From Paraphysomonas bandaiensis (taxonomy: Eukaryota > Protista > Chrysophyceae), in the NCBI GenBank assembly GCA_965644295.1, contig CBFFRP010000281.1:372001-436000 (forward strand): a stretch of DNA of 64,000 bases, read 5' to 3'. A model generated the notes under the pieces. The model was given only the letters and a program-made list of their open reading frames with translations, did not search any database and was not told the DNA's origin. Below are positions 52,466 to 64,000 of this stretch, piece by piece. A program made the translations under genes and the position numbers. Each line of letters starts with the position of its first letter. Within the stretch, counting starts at the first letter, position 1.

Positions 52466-53476
52466 ATGGGATCTTGTCAAAGCTCTTCAGTGGACTCGAT
52501 CAGTTCTGTCCTTCTAAAAGAAATTGGACTGTCATACTCTGAGCTCAATCTATTGTTTGATGTGTTCTCCGGCTTATCTCCTCCGCACTGTGATAGTGTC
52601 GACCTTCATAATATATTTACACAATTGGGATTACAGGCCGGAAGGTTGGAGCATAAAATATTCAGTCCCCGAAGATTCTGTCAGGTGGCCGGTGCGAAGA
52701 GTGTGAATTTCTCTCAGTTTGTGTGTCTGGTTTGGTGTTTTTTATCACTGGAGGCCTGTGAACTGGCACCCTACATATTCATTGTATATGACGACGATAA
52801 TATCAATACCTTAACGTCTACAAATATACGGAAGCTACTGGTAGATATCCATGGAGACAATTTAAAAGACGATGCAAATATACATGCTACATCTGAACTA
52901 TTGTTGAGTAACGACAACATAATTACTGCTAGCATGTTTGCTCAATGGTGCCAGGGCCACCCTTCACTATGCTCTCCCGTTAAAACTTTACAGACTACTC
53001 TTCGCCGTCGGATCTGTGGTGAGGCCTTTTGGAGTACGATCTGCGATCGTCGCAGCAAAAGGAATGGTCAGACGGAGGCATCCTATGTACGGGTGCTCAG
53101 CTCAAAATATAAAGATATAATATTTAGACAAGAACTATCCTCCAGATTGGCTGCAATAAAGAAAGAGCTAACAGATATGAAGACTACAAACTACTCCGCT
53201 GGAGGGGTATTTAGAACCCTGAGCAGTAGTGTATGTAGCTTTATTGATCGTAACGAAAGCATCTCTACTGAACGAATGCATGCTCCTAGCCCGAAGCAAT
53301 ATGATAATCCACTGGTTAATGCTCTTAGAGAATACGAGATGGATAACTACCACCCATTTCGAATAAAATGCAAACCCCTGAGTACATCTTATACGCCTTC
53401 TCAAGGCAGCAGCTCAGTAAGTCCAGCGTCGTACACCACAGCCTCTACTCCAACAAGAGTCACTGAGTTTGCGTAG
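52466..53476 (+). CDS. N-myristoylated EF-hand (calcineurin B/NCS-like) protein with degenerate EF hands
   Basis: MGSCQS start; VNFSQFVCLVW and FIVYDDDNINTL. Single-exon ORF of 336 aa. Confidence 0.7.
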   Translation: MGSCQSSSVDSISSVLLKEIGLSYSELNLLFDVFSGLSPPHCDSVDLHNIFTQLGLQAGRLEHKIFSPRRFCQVAGAKSVNFSQFVCLVWCFLSLEACELAPYIFIVYDDDNINTLTSTNIRKLLVDIHGDNLKDDANIHATSELLLSNDNIITASMFAQWCQGHPSLCSPVKTLQTTLRRRICGEAFWSTICDRRSKRNGQTEASYVRVLSSKYKDIIFRQELSSRLAAIKKELTDMKTTNYSAGGVFRTLSSSVCSFIDRNESISTERMHAPSPKQYDNPLVNALREYEMDNYHPFRIKCKPLSTSYTPSQGSSSVSPASYTTASTPTRVTEFA

Positions 53477-54586
53477 AAATGGTCTCAGATATCCCTTTTG
53501 CGCTGCAGATGATTCCCAATATTTTTTTGCTTTATATTCCATTGATTTGCACTGTGAGCAATATTTATGTTCTTTTGTACGATTTATTTTGAAAGCCCAT
53601 TATTTTATTATTACCATCGACTTAACCTAGCTTCTTATTTATTCTTCAGCAAGTAACTAAACTCCTAATCAGAGTGTCGATACAGAATTCTAAGCTATGT
53701 ACTTTCTGATTTATTGATTACTTATTGGTCTAGTTTTTTGAGCGCCTACATTGCCGTTAACTTAGACATACAGACATGCGTAGTGCACATTGCACTTATC
53801 TACTGACTGCTTGGATCCCTTCTAAATACTTTTAATCTATAATTGTTACATTTAACTACGGCTTAGAAGGAGGCTATATCGTCTTGCACTCGAAATTTTT
53901 ATATCTGGTGTTTGTTAGCCTGTTGTGCTCTTCTGCTGTGGTTCGTATATATGTGTATAATAATATATATAATATGGCATACAACATATTATATTATACA
54001 GTGTTGCATATATACAGCAGTCCATATATATATATGTCTATAATATATGAAGCAGCAGTCCATATGTTGCAGATGTACAGCAGCACTACTAGTTACACAG
54101 AGGCCTTTATATCCATATTGCAGCAGGTTACAGCCACGCAGTCCGAGATGCATTCGTTCTTGATAATATATATGTTATCAGAGTTGTTATAATCTTATAA
54201 CACTAATCAAGCGTATAATATTATTATATATATACTATACTCTACTTTACACCAGTATCATGTATTTAAGCAATCATATGCCTCTGTCTGCTATTCAAGT
54301 TTTCAGCGTTGTGTCTTCTTCCAACCTGACATTATAATAAATGAACATTATTGTCAAGCTCCATTATGCCTGAAAGGATTTGCGGCAGTCCTTGCAATAA
54401 TTCCAGTGCCTGGAGATATGTATATGCTTGGATTGGTGCTGGTATACAAGAGGGTTTCGATGGCAGCGTCGGTTCTCTGATGCCCCTGATGAGATATTTG
54501 TCCATCCTAAGATACGATGCTGAAATATATGATGCACATTGCATATATTGCATACATACAATATTTGCTAGAGTATGCTCCCACGT

Positions 54587-54730
54587 TCGACTAGGTGAAT
54601 ACCCTATTCCACCTAGTCATTGTAAAGTTAAAAATCTAATTATTTAATGACTAGGTTTTTCAACCTTTTGACTAGGTTTTTATACCAATTTTGGTGTGAC
54701 TAGGAAATTCCACCAAATTGACTAGGTCGA
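54587..54730. repeat. GACTAGG motif array with hairpin (family B related)
   Basis: GACTAGGTG...CACCTAGTC inverted pair followed by four direct GACTAGG copies. Confidence 0.65.
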
Positions 54731-55083
54731 AAAATAGATCCCTAATATTATATCTTATAGACGCTACACTTACATAATATTTTTTGGGTAGTAATAGACG
54801 GCTTAGACTGCTCGTGGTGGGTTATATTTTATGATGATACACATGATATATATATATTATGATGAGGAGTGTCTTTGGATTAGAACTAAAAACTGTTTTA
54901 CTACTTTATTCTTAATAATAATGAATACAAATAATATACATAACGTAAAATGTTACACAGCTTTAAATTTCGTGCCTTTCAGCAACGAAACAGAAAGATA
55001 TACAGCATTATAAAAACATATTACAGATGATGATACTTAGACAACTATATAAATCGATGCCACGAAATACACAATACACTAAC

Positions 55084-56678
55084 CTAATAATATTGCTCCT
55101 CGCCGCCTACATCGAGTTGCACAAATCCGATGTCTTCAGAATCCTCATTCCTTCTATTACTAGGGCCTAAAGGAGGTTTTCCATGGTGAGGTGCCCTCTG
55201 TTGATTAAAGGAAAATGTATTAGAGTTAGTGGCGCGATAGGGTGACCCCGCTTGTGGGCTCCAGGAAGACGAGAGACGTGCGGTCATCATAGCATCCGAT
55301 AGAGTGGACGGTGATTCTGGGGACGGTAAAGTGCCTATGGTATACATTGGTGACTTGTTAGCTAATGTACACGTCGAGGCAGAGTGTCTAGAGTGTAATA
55401 CTTTCATTTCCTTGAGAGCTTTTTCATTTTCCGTTATGTGTCCACCAGAAGGAATAACTTGTCCTATACTAGGATTGCGGGCATATTTCCTCGAACGCTG
55501 TTTACGTCTAACTCGAAGTCGCTCCTCTAGTAAAAGTCCAAGTTCATCACTTACTCCTAATATATTAGTACTGAGAAGGTTTTCGTTTTCCACATTGTCT
55601 TGGGGAACTTCAGGTACCGTATCAGGAACGCCTTCTGTTTTCTCGTTTGACACACTTCTAGTCCGGACTTTATTTGGACTGGGCTCTTCAAGCAACTCTG
55701 CGTATGTAAGAAACCCATCACCATTTGAATCTAAAGCGTTATATCGCTCAATGATAGCCTGTATTAGTCCTGGATCGGCTACATTGAGTCTCAGCATACA
55801 GAGAATAATGAACTCTGTCCGATCTACCACTCCATCCCTATTCTCCAATCCAAGGCGCTGCATTGTCAGCACGTCATCCGGAGTGACACGGGAGCATATG
55901 GATTTAAACGTATTAGAATGAGGAGAAGTCACCAGCATGGCAGCAGTGAAGCAAAGGGCATTAGCCAGTAGTGGAATTCCCACCATCGCATAACAAGCAA
56001 CTGTGAAAAAGGCAATATTAAAAATTTTTAGACAAAAGCTAATGCATACCACAAAAAAATCTAAAATCAGATGAGTCAGGAGAAATGTTTGAAAACCCTC
56101 CAGTTAGAAGACAAGAAAATGAAAAGAAACACGCCTCGAGAGCACTGAAAGGAGTTAGCAAGTATGCTACAAACGTGCCACCAGCAATCCATATCATCAC
56201 TAGCGCCATCTGGCGCAACCACGTACGATGTGTTTTAAACCACAAAATAATGCAATCCCACCACAGTCCTCGAGAGGAAGCCTCCATAAAGTCCTCGAAT
56301 TCGATCACCCGTACATACCACTGGCTTTCCTTTGCAAGAATGTCTTCCACAAACTTGCCGAGAATATACATGACAACCGAGGCACCCACAAATCCGTGAA
56401 CAATTGAAAACACGATAACTCCATCGGATGGATTCTCCATGAACTCCCAACCCACACTGTATCCCACATTCACTGCGTAATAAAACCCCTTGAAGTATCC
56501 CAAGTCGCCGTATATACTGTAGAATAAGGTACCAAAACCCATCCACATACACCTTACATACATAATGTTATTAGCTCCATATCAATTCATACAGTAATAA
56601 GTACCATGAGAAAAAAGCATTCAATTTCCAGTGAAACTTTAAATTAGGGAAAAAAATCTTTAAAATTGATAATAACAT
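55084..56678 (-). CDS. Two-pore-domain (4TM/2P, TPK-like) ion channel with C-terminal EF hands (3 exons)
   Basis: TM-P-TM twice (FYYAVNVGYSVGW; FFSFSCLLTGGF), VGIPL, and EF hands DGVVDRTEF and DSNGDGFLTYAEL. Confidence 0.75.
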
Positions 56679-57189
56679 CAACGAAACACACTAACTAATG
56701 AGCCCTATAAGGTAAACTAACATAAGTGATAATCTAAGTAGAGATATATTGATATATTCATAGTACTGGCACTGTCACCATCTCTCACACTCTCTATATG
56801 TATGTATCAGTCCACTCATGTTTTGAAATCGGCCAGTGTGCTCCATATGCATAGACGGTATATAGCTACGCGATATTGTCGTATAAAAGGTATACGATAC
56901 AGTATACTGGTAATACCATTGTATTATTTGTAACCCGTTACGGGTAGGATGTAATCCGTATAAATTGTTAAGGTGTAGACAATGTACCTTCTATACCATA
57001 CCACCCGGCTGCAGTGTGAGACCATATATACACACTACATACACAAGCAATTGCAGAATCCGACAACATAATCCACCCACACAGCAGTTCATACGGGGAC
57101 TCATTGACACTGTTGTGGTCTTATTTAACTTGATATTCTTCGTATAAACTTATTGGTTACTTATCTGCGTATATTATATAGTCATATTA

Positions 57190-58077
57190 ATGTCCAGTGA
57201 ACTGCACGATGCTGTCAGAGATAAGGACATTGAGTCCGCCAAGCAGTGCATAGCGAATGGGGCAAATCTAGATGCTGTGGATAGTATGTCTCGTACTGCT
57301 CTTCATCTTGCTTGTTGGAAAGGAGATCCTGATATGGTGAAGCTCCTGCTTCGTTCCAAAGCTTCTCCGACTGTTAGAGCGCGTGACAATTTCACTCCTT
57401 TACATTTTGCTGTACAGTCAGGTAGTATTGAGTGCTGCAAAATTCTGTTAGAACACGAAAAGAAACTCCTCACAATGCGTATTAGCAAGGGAAATAAAAG
57501 TGCCCTTCATCTGGCAGCTGCGAAGAATAATCTCGAGCTTGTTCGCTTCCTTTTAGACGAAGGTGCTGACCCTTCGTCTCTAACGAATAAACGTCAGACA
57601 GCACTTGACTTTGCAAGAGATGAAGCAGTCTTTGCGCTCATTAAACAAAGAATTGAATCTAAAATCACCGGTGATTCTTTGATGTTACAGAAGAAAGCTT
57701 CCTCGAAACCTAGTTCCCAAGAAGATTCCATTTGTGGACAGAAACGACGCGCTGATAACTCAATCAACATGAAGTCTACGCCATCCACAAGCGATCGTGA
57801 ACAAATTACAGATGTTGCGTCTCCGAAGTTATCTGTCCCTCAGTCCTCAGAAGGTAGTGACAGTACTCTGCCGTTGGATTTGCATGAGGGAGAAATTGGC
57901 CCATTTCTTCCCACTAAAGGTAACATACCACTACCTACAGATAAAAATGATGCTACTGAGGAAGTTGCTAGTAACAATACCAATATAGTTAAAATTGACT
58001 TATCTAAGCGTCCAAAGAAAAAACAGAAGATAGGCATTCAACTTGCACACTTACACAATGATGACGATATTGAATAG
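57190..58077 (+). CDS. Ankyrin-repeat protein with a basic NLS-like tail
   Basis: TALHLAC, TPLHFAV, SALHLAA and TALDFA; KRPKKKQK. Confidence 0.9.
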   Translation: MSSELHDAVRDKDIESAKQCIANGANLDAVDSMSRTALHLACWKGDPDMVKLLLRSKASPTVRARDNFTPLHFAVQSGSIECCKILLEHEKKLLTMRISKGNKSALHLAAAKNNLELVRFLLDEGADPSSLTNKRQTALDFARDEAVFALIKQRIESKITGDSLMLQKKASSKPSSQEDSICGQKRRADNSINMKSTPSTSDREQITDVASPKLSVPQSSEGSDSTLPLDLHEGEIGPFLPTKGNIPLPTDKNDATEEVASNNTNIVKIDLSKRPKKKQKIGIQLAHLHNDDDIE

Positions 58078-58315
58078 CTAGGCTTTTGACAGTTCGCTTA
58101 ATTGGCTTCATAATTTGTACTATCTGTGCTTCGTAAATATTAAAATCTGTAAAATAAATCTGCCTCCCCATTCACTTGTTCACGTGCTATGGCGATCAAG
58201 GTAATATTCTAAATTCTAAACATAGAAATTATATTGACCTCATTGAAAAATATCAAATTTAATTACTACTTTTACATTATGTACAATATGCACATTTCTT
58301 GACATACTCAATCAA

Positions 58316-59146
58316 CTATACTACAACTAAAACTACGGCCATCCATTTAAGGATAGTTTCAGCCAATTTTAAATTCATACAAGTGCCAGAGAATATTTGG
58401 ACCACCCCTGGATACATAGAAATGAGGTCCTCTATTCTAAGAATATTCATTGCCATCGTTCGAACTACTGTATCCGCGATATCTGTTTTATTGAAGACTA
58501 ATAGAATAGGTTTGCCCTCCAATGCAGTGCGATTCGAGAGTAGTTCGTTGAGCAAGACCCATGCTGATGCAAAACTCCCGGGGTCGGATATATCCACAAC
58601 GTACTGAAAACAGAAACTTTGGAGTAAAATACTATTAAAGATGTATTGGGTAGATACACACCATTAAGCAGTCACAATCTGGCAGGTACTTTTCCCTATG
58701 AGAATGCCATAATGTTAAGTAAAAAGTACGGTGAAAACGGGATATATTACCATCTCGAAGACATAGCGGATCCAACTTCTCGAAAAGTAACTTTTTTTCC
58801 GTTGACTAATACATCAACCATATCGGATCCGACCTGAAAGTTATCATACAAAGGCATATATAAACTGTAGTAGTACCGTTGGAATAGTACCACCCTCAAG
58901 TGTAACTTCAGTATAATCTAAGTTGGCCTCTGAGTTACATTCCATTAGTCCTCAATTTAAAAGAAGTATACACTACATAATACCTCGTAATCTCCTTGAT
59001 AGTAAGGATTTACCGCCTCCTTCGGCACCCACAACGAGTACCTCGTAGCTCTTTGCTTTACGCTGAGCTGACGCTGATGCTGACCCCTCATTCTCTTCAA
59101 CTTGATTATAGCCAAATGAGGCGACAGAGCCAGAACTTTTAAACAT
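58316..59146 (-). CDS. ARF-like small GTPase, ARL16-like (multi-exon)
   Basis: VLVVGAEGGGKS, TIPTVG, FREVG (E at the G3 Asp position as in ARL16), YVVDISD and NKTD. Confidence 0.75.
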
Positions 59147-59315
59147 TCTATCAATGGCACAATGTGTGCTTATTGAGGAGAGGATACGGAGACTCTTCTC
59201 TAAACTATAACTATTATATTGGCTTTCTATTCTGTATATACGAATATATCTGTACTATAGTGTGCATGATGTTTGTGCGTATATAGGTAGGTCAGTCTGT
59301 ACTAGTCGGTACAAC

Positions 59316-59365
59316 GACCTTCAGAATACAGTCAGTAGTTGACCTTCAGAATACAGTCAGTAGTT
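59316..59365 (+). repeat. 25-bp perfect tandem duplication
   Basis: GACCTTCAGAATACAGTCAGTAGTT x2. Confidence 0.9.
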
Positions 59366-59644
59366 CACATAGTGCATATACAACATGCATGAGAGGCATA
59401 GTCAGCAGGTTGTGTATGTATGTATGTATATGTACGTGTGGTATAGCTATGGATGTGTAGGTACCTAGTTGAATGTGTGGTTCTGACAGATTGGACTTTC
59501 ATCTCTGTTATTAACATTATAACTCCTTGCCTTATGGAAGTATGCCTTGTTTAAAGTAGAACAGGCTGTTATAGCAATGATAAACGTACTTGAGTGTGCT
59601 CCGAGACAATGCCGTTGAAATGGTGTGGATATGAGGTAAGACAC

Positions 59645-60375
59645 GCAGCTAGCATGCTATTGAGAACACAATACAAGGAATATTGCTTCCATTGTTGGTT
59701 ATTTTGGTATTTTCGGTCATACTGATAACTCTGAAATAACCGTTTCCAGTACAGTGGATGTCCAGACACCTTGTTATATTGAAATCACACTTTCATTGAC
59801 TCGAGGCTTGCCTCCTGTGTCGTATATACTCTCACTGTCTACATTACATGCATGTAGTGTTGTGATAAATGAGATACATGTCAGTGTGAACACGAATACG
59901 TTGTAGAATAGCATTATGTTGACTGATGGGTATTATTCTAACGATTTTGTCAGTATTAATGCAGATCTGTTTCCGGGTACACGAAACATGGCCTGACACT
60001 TCAGAATGGAATTGCCGCAGAGCAGTAAGTGGTACTGCGAGGAGTGTAGTCGCCATTTCTACACCCTTAGGACATGGACATTCCGTACAATAGAGGTGAG
60101 AAACAGCAGCTAGCATGCTATTGAGAACACAATACAAGGAATATTGCTTCCATTGTTGGTTATTTTGGTATTTTCGGTCATACTGATAACTCTGAAATGA
60201 ACCGTTTCCAGTACAGTGGATGTCCAGACACCTTGTTATATTGATATGGAGCATTCGCTCTTTCTATCGCACTTTCATTGACTCGAGGCTTGCCTCTTGT
60301 GTCGTATATACTCTCACTGTCTGCATTACATGCATGTAGTGTTGTGATAAACGAGATACATGTCAGTGTGAACAC
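59645..60375 (+). repeat. About 250-bp direct repeat pair (59645-59893, 60106-60375)
   Basis: Near-identical copies; copy 2 has a 21-bp extra segment; the spacer is about 210 bp. Confidence 0.9.
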
Positions 60376-61441
60376 AATATAAGTTCATATTTATGGTGGT
60401 ATGTATTTAATTATGTTTGTTTTAGGTTTCTCTCAGCGACAAGTGTGCTCTAATATGGCCGTACGGATTAATAGTCGATGTTCGACTGTGCAATTACCAT
60501 TCTGTTGTAAAACGGAATAGCGGAATGTTGAAATTGTTATAACTAATTCGCTATACACTAAGAAAAATATCACATTGTCTAAGTGAACTAGGTAGTTTTA
60601 TCCACTGAGCGTCAAGCAGCCTAAATACAGGGTTAGGGTTAGAAACTGTTCTACTTTCTACATTTCTACAAAATTAACAAGTCAGCACAAAATAAGAGAC
60701 GAGATGTAGAAATATCAAAGTACAGGTGCACGAGCCATGTTGTATGTACTTCCAATACATGTGAAATGTGAACCCATGTTTAGTGCAGCTAAACTTATTA
60801 TCTCAGTGTTGCGCAAAAGTATACATCCTACTACACTTAATATGATGTTATTTCTGAAAGTTAATCGACACTTGCGGCCGGATGCATACATATATTTCAA
60901 TTAATTTTGAATGATTGTAGTGATGATGACGTCATCGATGATGGCTCCGATAATGAGTACGAGGACAGTTGTGATTAACTAAACAGTAGGTAGTCTTCGC
61001 TTGGCAGCGTAGTGGGTTTGGTTAATCATGTGAACTTAGAACTTAATGAGTCGACGGGTACTAAAAATGGAATCTACGCATGTGTATATTTGCTGAATAA
61101 TGGTACTAATATATTGCAATAGTATTTTTGGACCATTTTTTAAAATATCATCAATATTATTGGTGAGACGCTATCTAACAATATAAATAATAGCCCTGGT
61201 GTTAATATAGAGTGTATGACAGCTCTTACGTACTACAACCAAAGCACGTCGTAGTCTATTATAATTTCAAGTGTTATTGTCTGTCCCAATATAAATAATT
61301 AACACGCAGCCCTGGTCCTTGTAGCAGTTACTACCAGGTTCCATTTGATTTCTTTCGGAATTTGTTCACATATTCTATGTAATCGACATAATTGTTATTT
61401 TCGATTAATTAAAAAGTTAGATTATATACATGGCAACAGTA

Positions 61442-62671
61442 TCATATCATCTCCAACTGCTTCGATTTCCGAGAATTTTCTGCTCTTATCTTTTCTACAA
61501 TAGCCTGCATTAATTTCTCTTGTGATTCCATACTTAACAGCAGAGCGCACTGGCTGCGGGCTCGATGCAAATTGTGAGCTCCGCCTCTAGCCGGATCTGT
61601 TGCATAGTATATATCACCAAGCAAGTAGTCAGTCATAAAGCGAAGCGCCTGTTCGTAAGTAATCACCTGCAAAAATATTGAACAAACCAATACAGAATAT
61701 ATGCAACCAACCTGAGCCGCAATAACAAGGTGGTCTATCTCTGCCTTTATTAGTTGTCCATTTACCGCACCAATATTAGATCCAAGATATCCTCTTGCCA
61801 CGGCTTCAAACATACTTAAGTTCATATGAACGGCAGCGCTATCAGGCTCATCTTCTGGACACGTATTGACGGAGCTCCGGACCATATCGCCGAAGTCATG
61901 GAGAGCCAAACCGGGCATGACAGTGTCAAGATCAACCACGCAGAGTGGATCCCCACTAATACTATCAAGCAAAACGTTATTCAGTTTTGTGTCGTTGTGG
62001 ACTACCCGCAGAGGGATGGCTCCGCTAGCTCGCTGAGACTCCAAGATATCCACATATCGGCCTTCTCTAGACATCAGAAAATCAATATCTACATGTAGAT
62101 TATTGTTGACAGCTCTCCCCAGCCTATCTTCCTGAGCAGCTTTCTTGAATGCTTCAAACCTCATTCGCGTATTATGGAAATCCTTGATAGTAACCTCCAA
62201 CTTGTCGATTGGGAAATCTCTTAAAGCGTATTGAAATTGACCAAATGCATATGCAGCTGCCTGCGCATCCTCAAGAGCCGGTACATCACCCACAGCACGA
62301 CAACCTCGCACATATTCATACACCCGCCAATATCCCCCATGTGGAGCCTTCAAATACATAATCTCGTCTTTATTATCACTGCGAGGAGGAATAAGTTTTA
62401 AAGTCATAATTCCATGAGCTTGTAAGTATGATGTAACGAGACTTATATTCTTCATTAAAACACTAACATCTGTAAATATCGTATCATTGATTCGTTGTAG
62501 AACGAATTTCATTTCTGTAGATGTTTCTATATGTATAAAAGTCACCAGATATGTCTTATGAATATGTCCATTGCCATATACAGATATATCACAGTGATAA
62601 CTATCTATATCAGGAATACTAAACTTTCTAATAATTTGAAGTAATATCTCTGGGGGATACTCTTCACTCAT
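61442..62671 (-). CDS. N-acetylhexosamine 1-kinase (NahK/LnpB)-like APH-family phosphotransferase
   Basis: GNGHIHKTY, FVLQRIN, DFHNT, PLRVVHNDTKLNNVL, VDLDTVMPG..DFGD, EQALRFMTDYLLGD and HNLHRARSQ. There is a probable 45-nt in-frame intron at about 61667-61711. Confidence 0.85.
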   Translation of the reverse strand: MSEEYPPEILLQIIRKFSIPDIDSYHCDISVYGNGHIHKTYLVTFIHIETSTEMKFVLQRINDTIFTDVSVLMKNISLVTSYLQAHGIMTLKLIPPRSDNKDEIMYLKAPHGGYWRVYEYVRGCRAVGDVPALEDAQAAAYAFGQFQYALRDFPIDKLEVTIKDFHNTRMRFEAFKKAAQEDRLGRAVNNNLHVDIDFLMSREGRYVDILESQRASGAIPLRVVHNDTKLNNVLLDSISGDPLCVVDLDTVMPGLALHDFGDMVRSSVNTCPEDEPDSAAVHMNLSMFEAVARGYLGSNIGAVNGQLIKAEIDHLVIAAQVGCIYSVLVCSIFLQVITYEQALRFMTDYLLGDIYYATDPARGGAHNLHRARSQCALLLSMESQEKLMQAIVEKIRAENSRKSKQLEMI

Positions 62672-62929
62672 ATCTAATCAGCGGTGAATATATCCAGATT
62701 ATAAGACGAATATAAGATAGTGTGGATTAAAGCAAATTCAGGAGATTATGCGATGATCTCCATGTATAGAAGAGGGGTAAGTGTAATGGTTAGATCATAT
62801 GGAGAGATATGCAAAGATATGGTGAGTAGAGACTGATTGATTTCGAAGAGATTGTTTTGAACTATCTATATGTATGTATATAATTGATACCCATAACACG
62901 ACACTTGTTGAATACCCTCACACCAGTAC

Positions 62930-63188
62930 TGCTGTGTACTTACCTACCCATCTATATATACATCTACCTACCTGCCTACATACATACATACATACATACA
63001 TACATACATACATACATACATACATACATACATACATACATACATACATACATACATACATACATACATACATACATACATACATACATACATACATACA
63101 TACATACATACATACATACATACATACATACATACATACATACATACATACATACATACATACATACATACATACATACATACATACA
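62930..63188 (+). repeat. (TACA)n microsatellite with a degenerate TACC leader
   Basis: About 210 bp of perfect TACA units between the head-to-head NahK-like and ABCF genes. Confidence 0.98.
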
Positions 63189-63377
63189 GTGTACTCTGTT
63201 GATGGTACAGGAAAGACTGGTCTGTGTGTCTTGTATTCTTTTTGTAGAGGAATGTGCGGCTTATACAGTGATGTGTATGTTAAGCTCACTGCTCATACTT
63301 CTCAACAATTCTTCGACTATTAATACATATACACATATATTTAATCCATCTAATTAGTTTATTTGTATTACTTTACT

Positions 63378-64000
63378 ATGCCAGCTAAAAAGCGTGCTGA
63401 AAAGCAGTCTAAAAAGGCTGCCAAAGCAGCTGCTAAACCCGCCCCTGTATCAGCCACTCCCTCTGAAGATGTCGAGCCTGGAGACATGCTTAGATCACAA
63501 GGAATTGTTGTTACTTATGCACAGGACTCTAATAAGTTAACTCATAGAAATGTTAGAGATATCAGTGTATCTAATTTGACTCTCACTTATCATGGAACTC
63601 CGTAAGTGCACTGTCTGGTGTATGCAGTATAGTACTCATATGATATCATCTATGCAGTCTTATTGAAGATGCGGAGTTCACTCTTAACTATGGAAATAGG
63701 TTTGTATTTTAATGAATATTTACTGTGTAATTTGCCTCTTAGATACGGATTTATTGGACGAAATGGCTGCGGAAAGTCGACATTTATGAAGGCAATTGCT
63801 GCCCGATGCTTTCCAATTCCTGATGGCATTGATATATTCCACTTGAGTGAGGAAATTGAAGCATCTGACATGACTGCAAGAGAAGCTGTGATGAGTGTTG
63901 ATGTGGAACGTATGAAACTGGAGAAAGAAGCTGAAGCTTTAAACGAGTTGATGACTGATACTGAGAACACCGAGGACCAAGATGAAGTTATGGAACGCCT
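63378..64000 (+). CDS. ABCF2: ABC-F family ATPase, ABCF2-like (5' part; runs off the window)
   Basis: RDISVSNLTLTYHG, LNYGN|RYGFIGRNGCGKST and IDIFHLSEEIEASDMTA.EAV..VD.ER.KLEKEAE. Confidence 0.85.

Noticed and set aside
54587-54730. CRISPR-like reading of the GACTAGG array
   Set aside because: The repeat is only 7-9 bp with irregular spacing and there are no cas genes.
60629-60642. AGGGTTAGGGTTAG telomere-like motif
   Set aside because: Only about two units, which is compatible with chance.

Overview
Gene-dense eukaryotic nuclear DNA from a protist. It looks stramenopile-like from its gene set and transposon types, but the taxon cannot be fixed from this window. About 20 host genes carry many very short introns (mostly about 45-55 nt) and lie largely in head-to-head pairs around TACA/TATG-rich promoter regions. 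Housekeeping genes include GTPBP2-like, a MINDY3/4 deubiquitinase, PSMA6, CRAL-TRIO, UBA-PX, RPB7, GRASP, a sugar porter, mitochondrial bL21, ARL16-like and ABCF2. The most notable items are: (1) an intact, very young Ty1/Copia element with non-canonical TA..TA LTR ends, sitting in the last 51-nt intron of the MINDY gene, whose 5-bp target duplication matches and regenerates the putative branch-point motif and whose start codon overlaps the LTR/PBS junction; (2) a signal peptide-TPR-sulfotransferase fused within one exon to a TTC13/SRFR1-like protein; (3) an EF-hand-linker/SH2 protein with three YGxF motifs and TPRs; (4) a recent tandem duplication of a GBP-like GTPase gene, one copy with a coding minisatellite; (5) a decayed PIF/Harbinger element with an intact Myb-like gene, a tRNA-Glu pseudogene next to a dispersed repeat, a two-pore channel with non-canonical filters and a bacterial-type NahK kinase. 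Exon boundaries were read by eye and are approximate unless stated.
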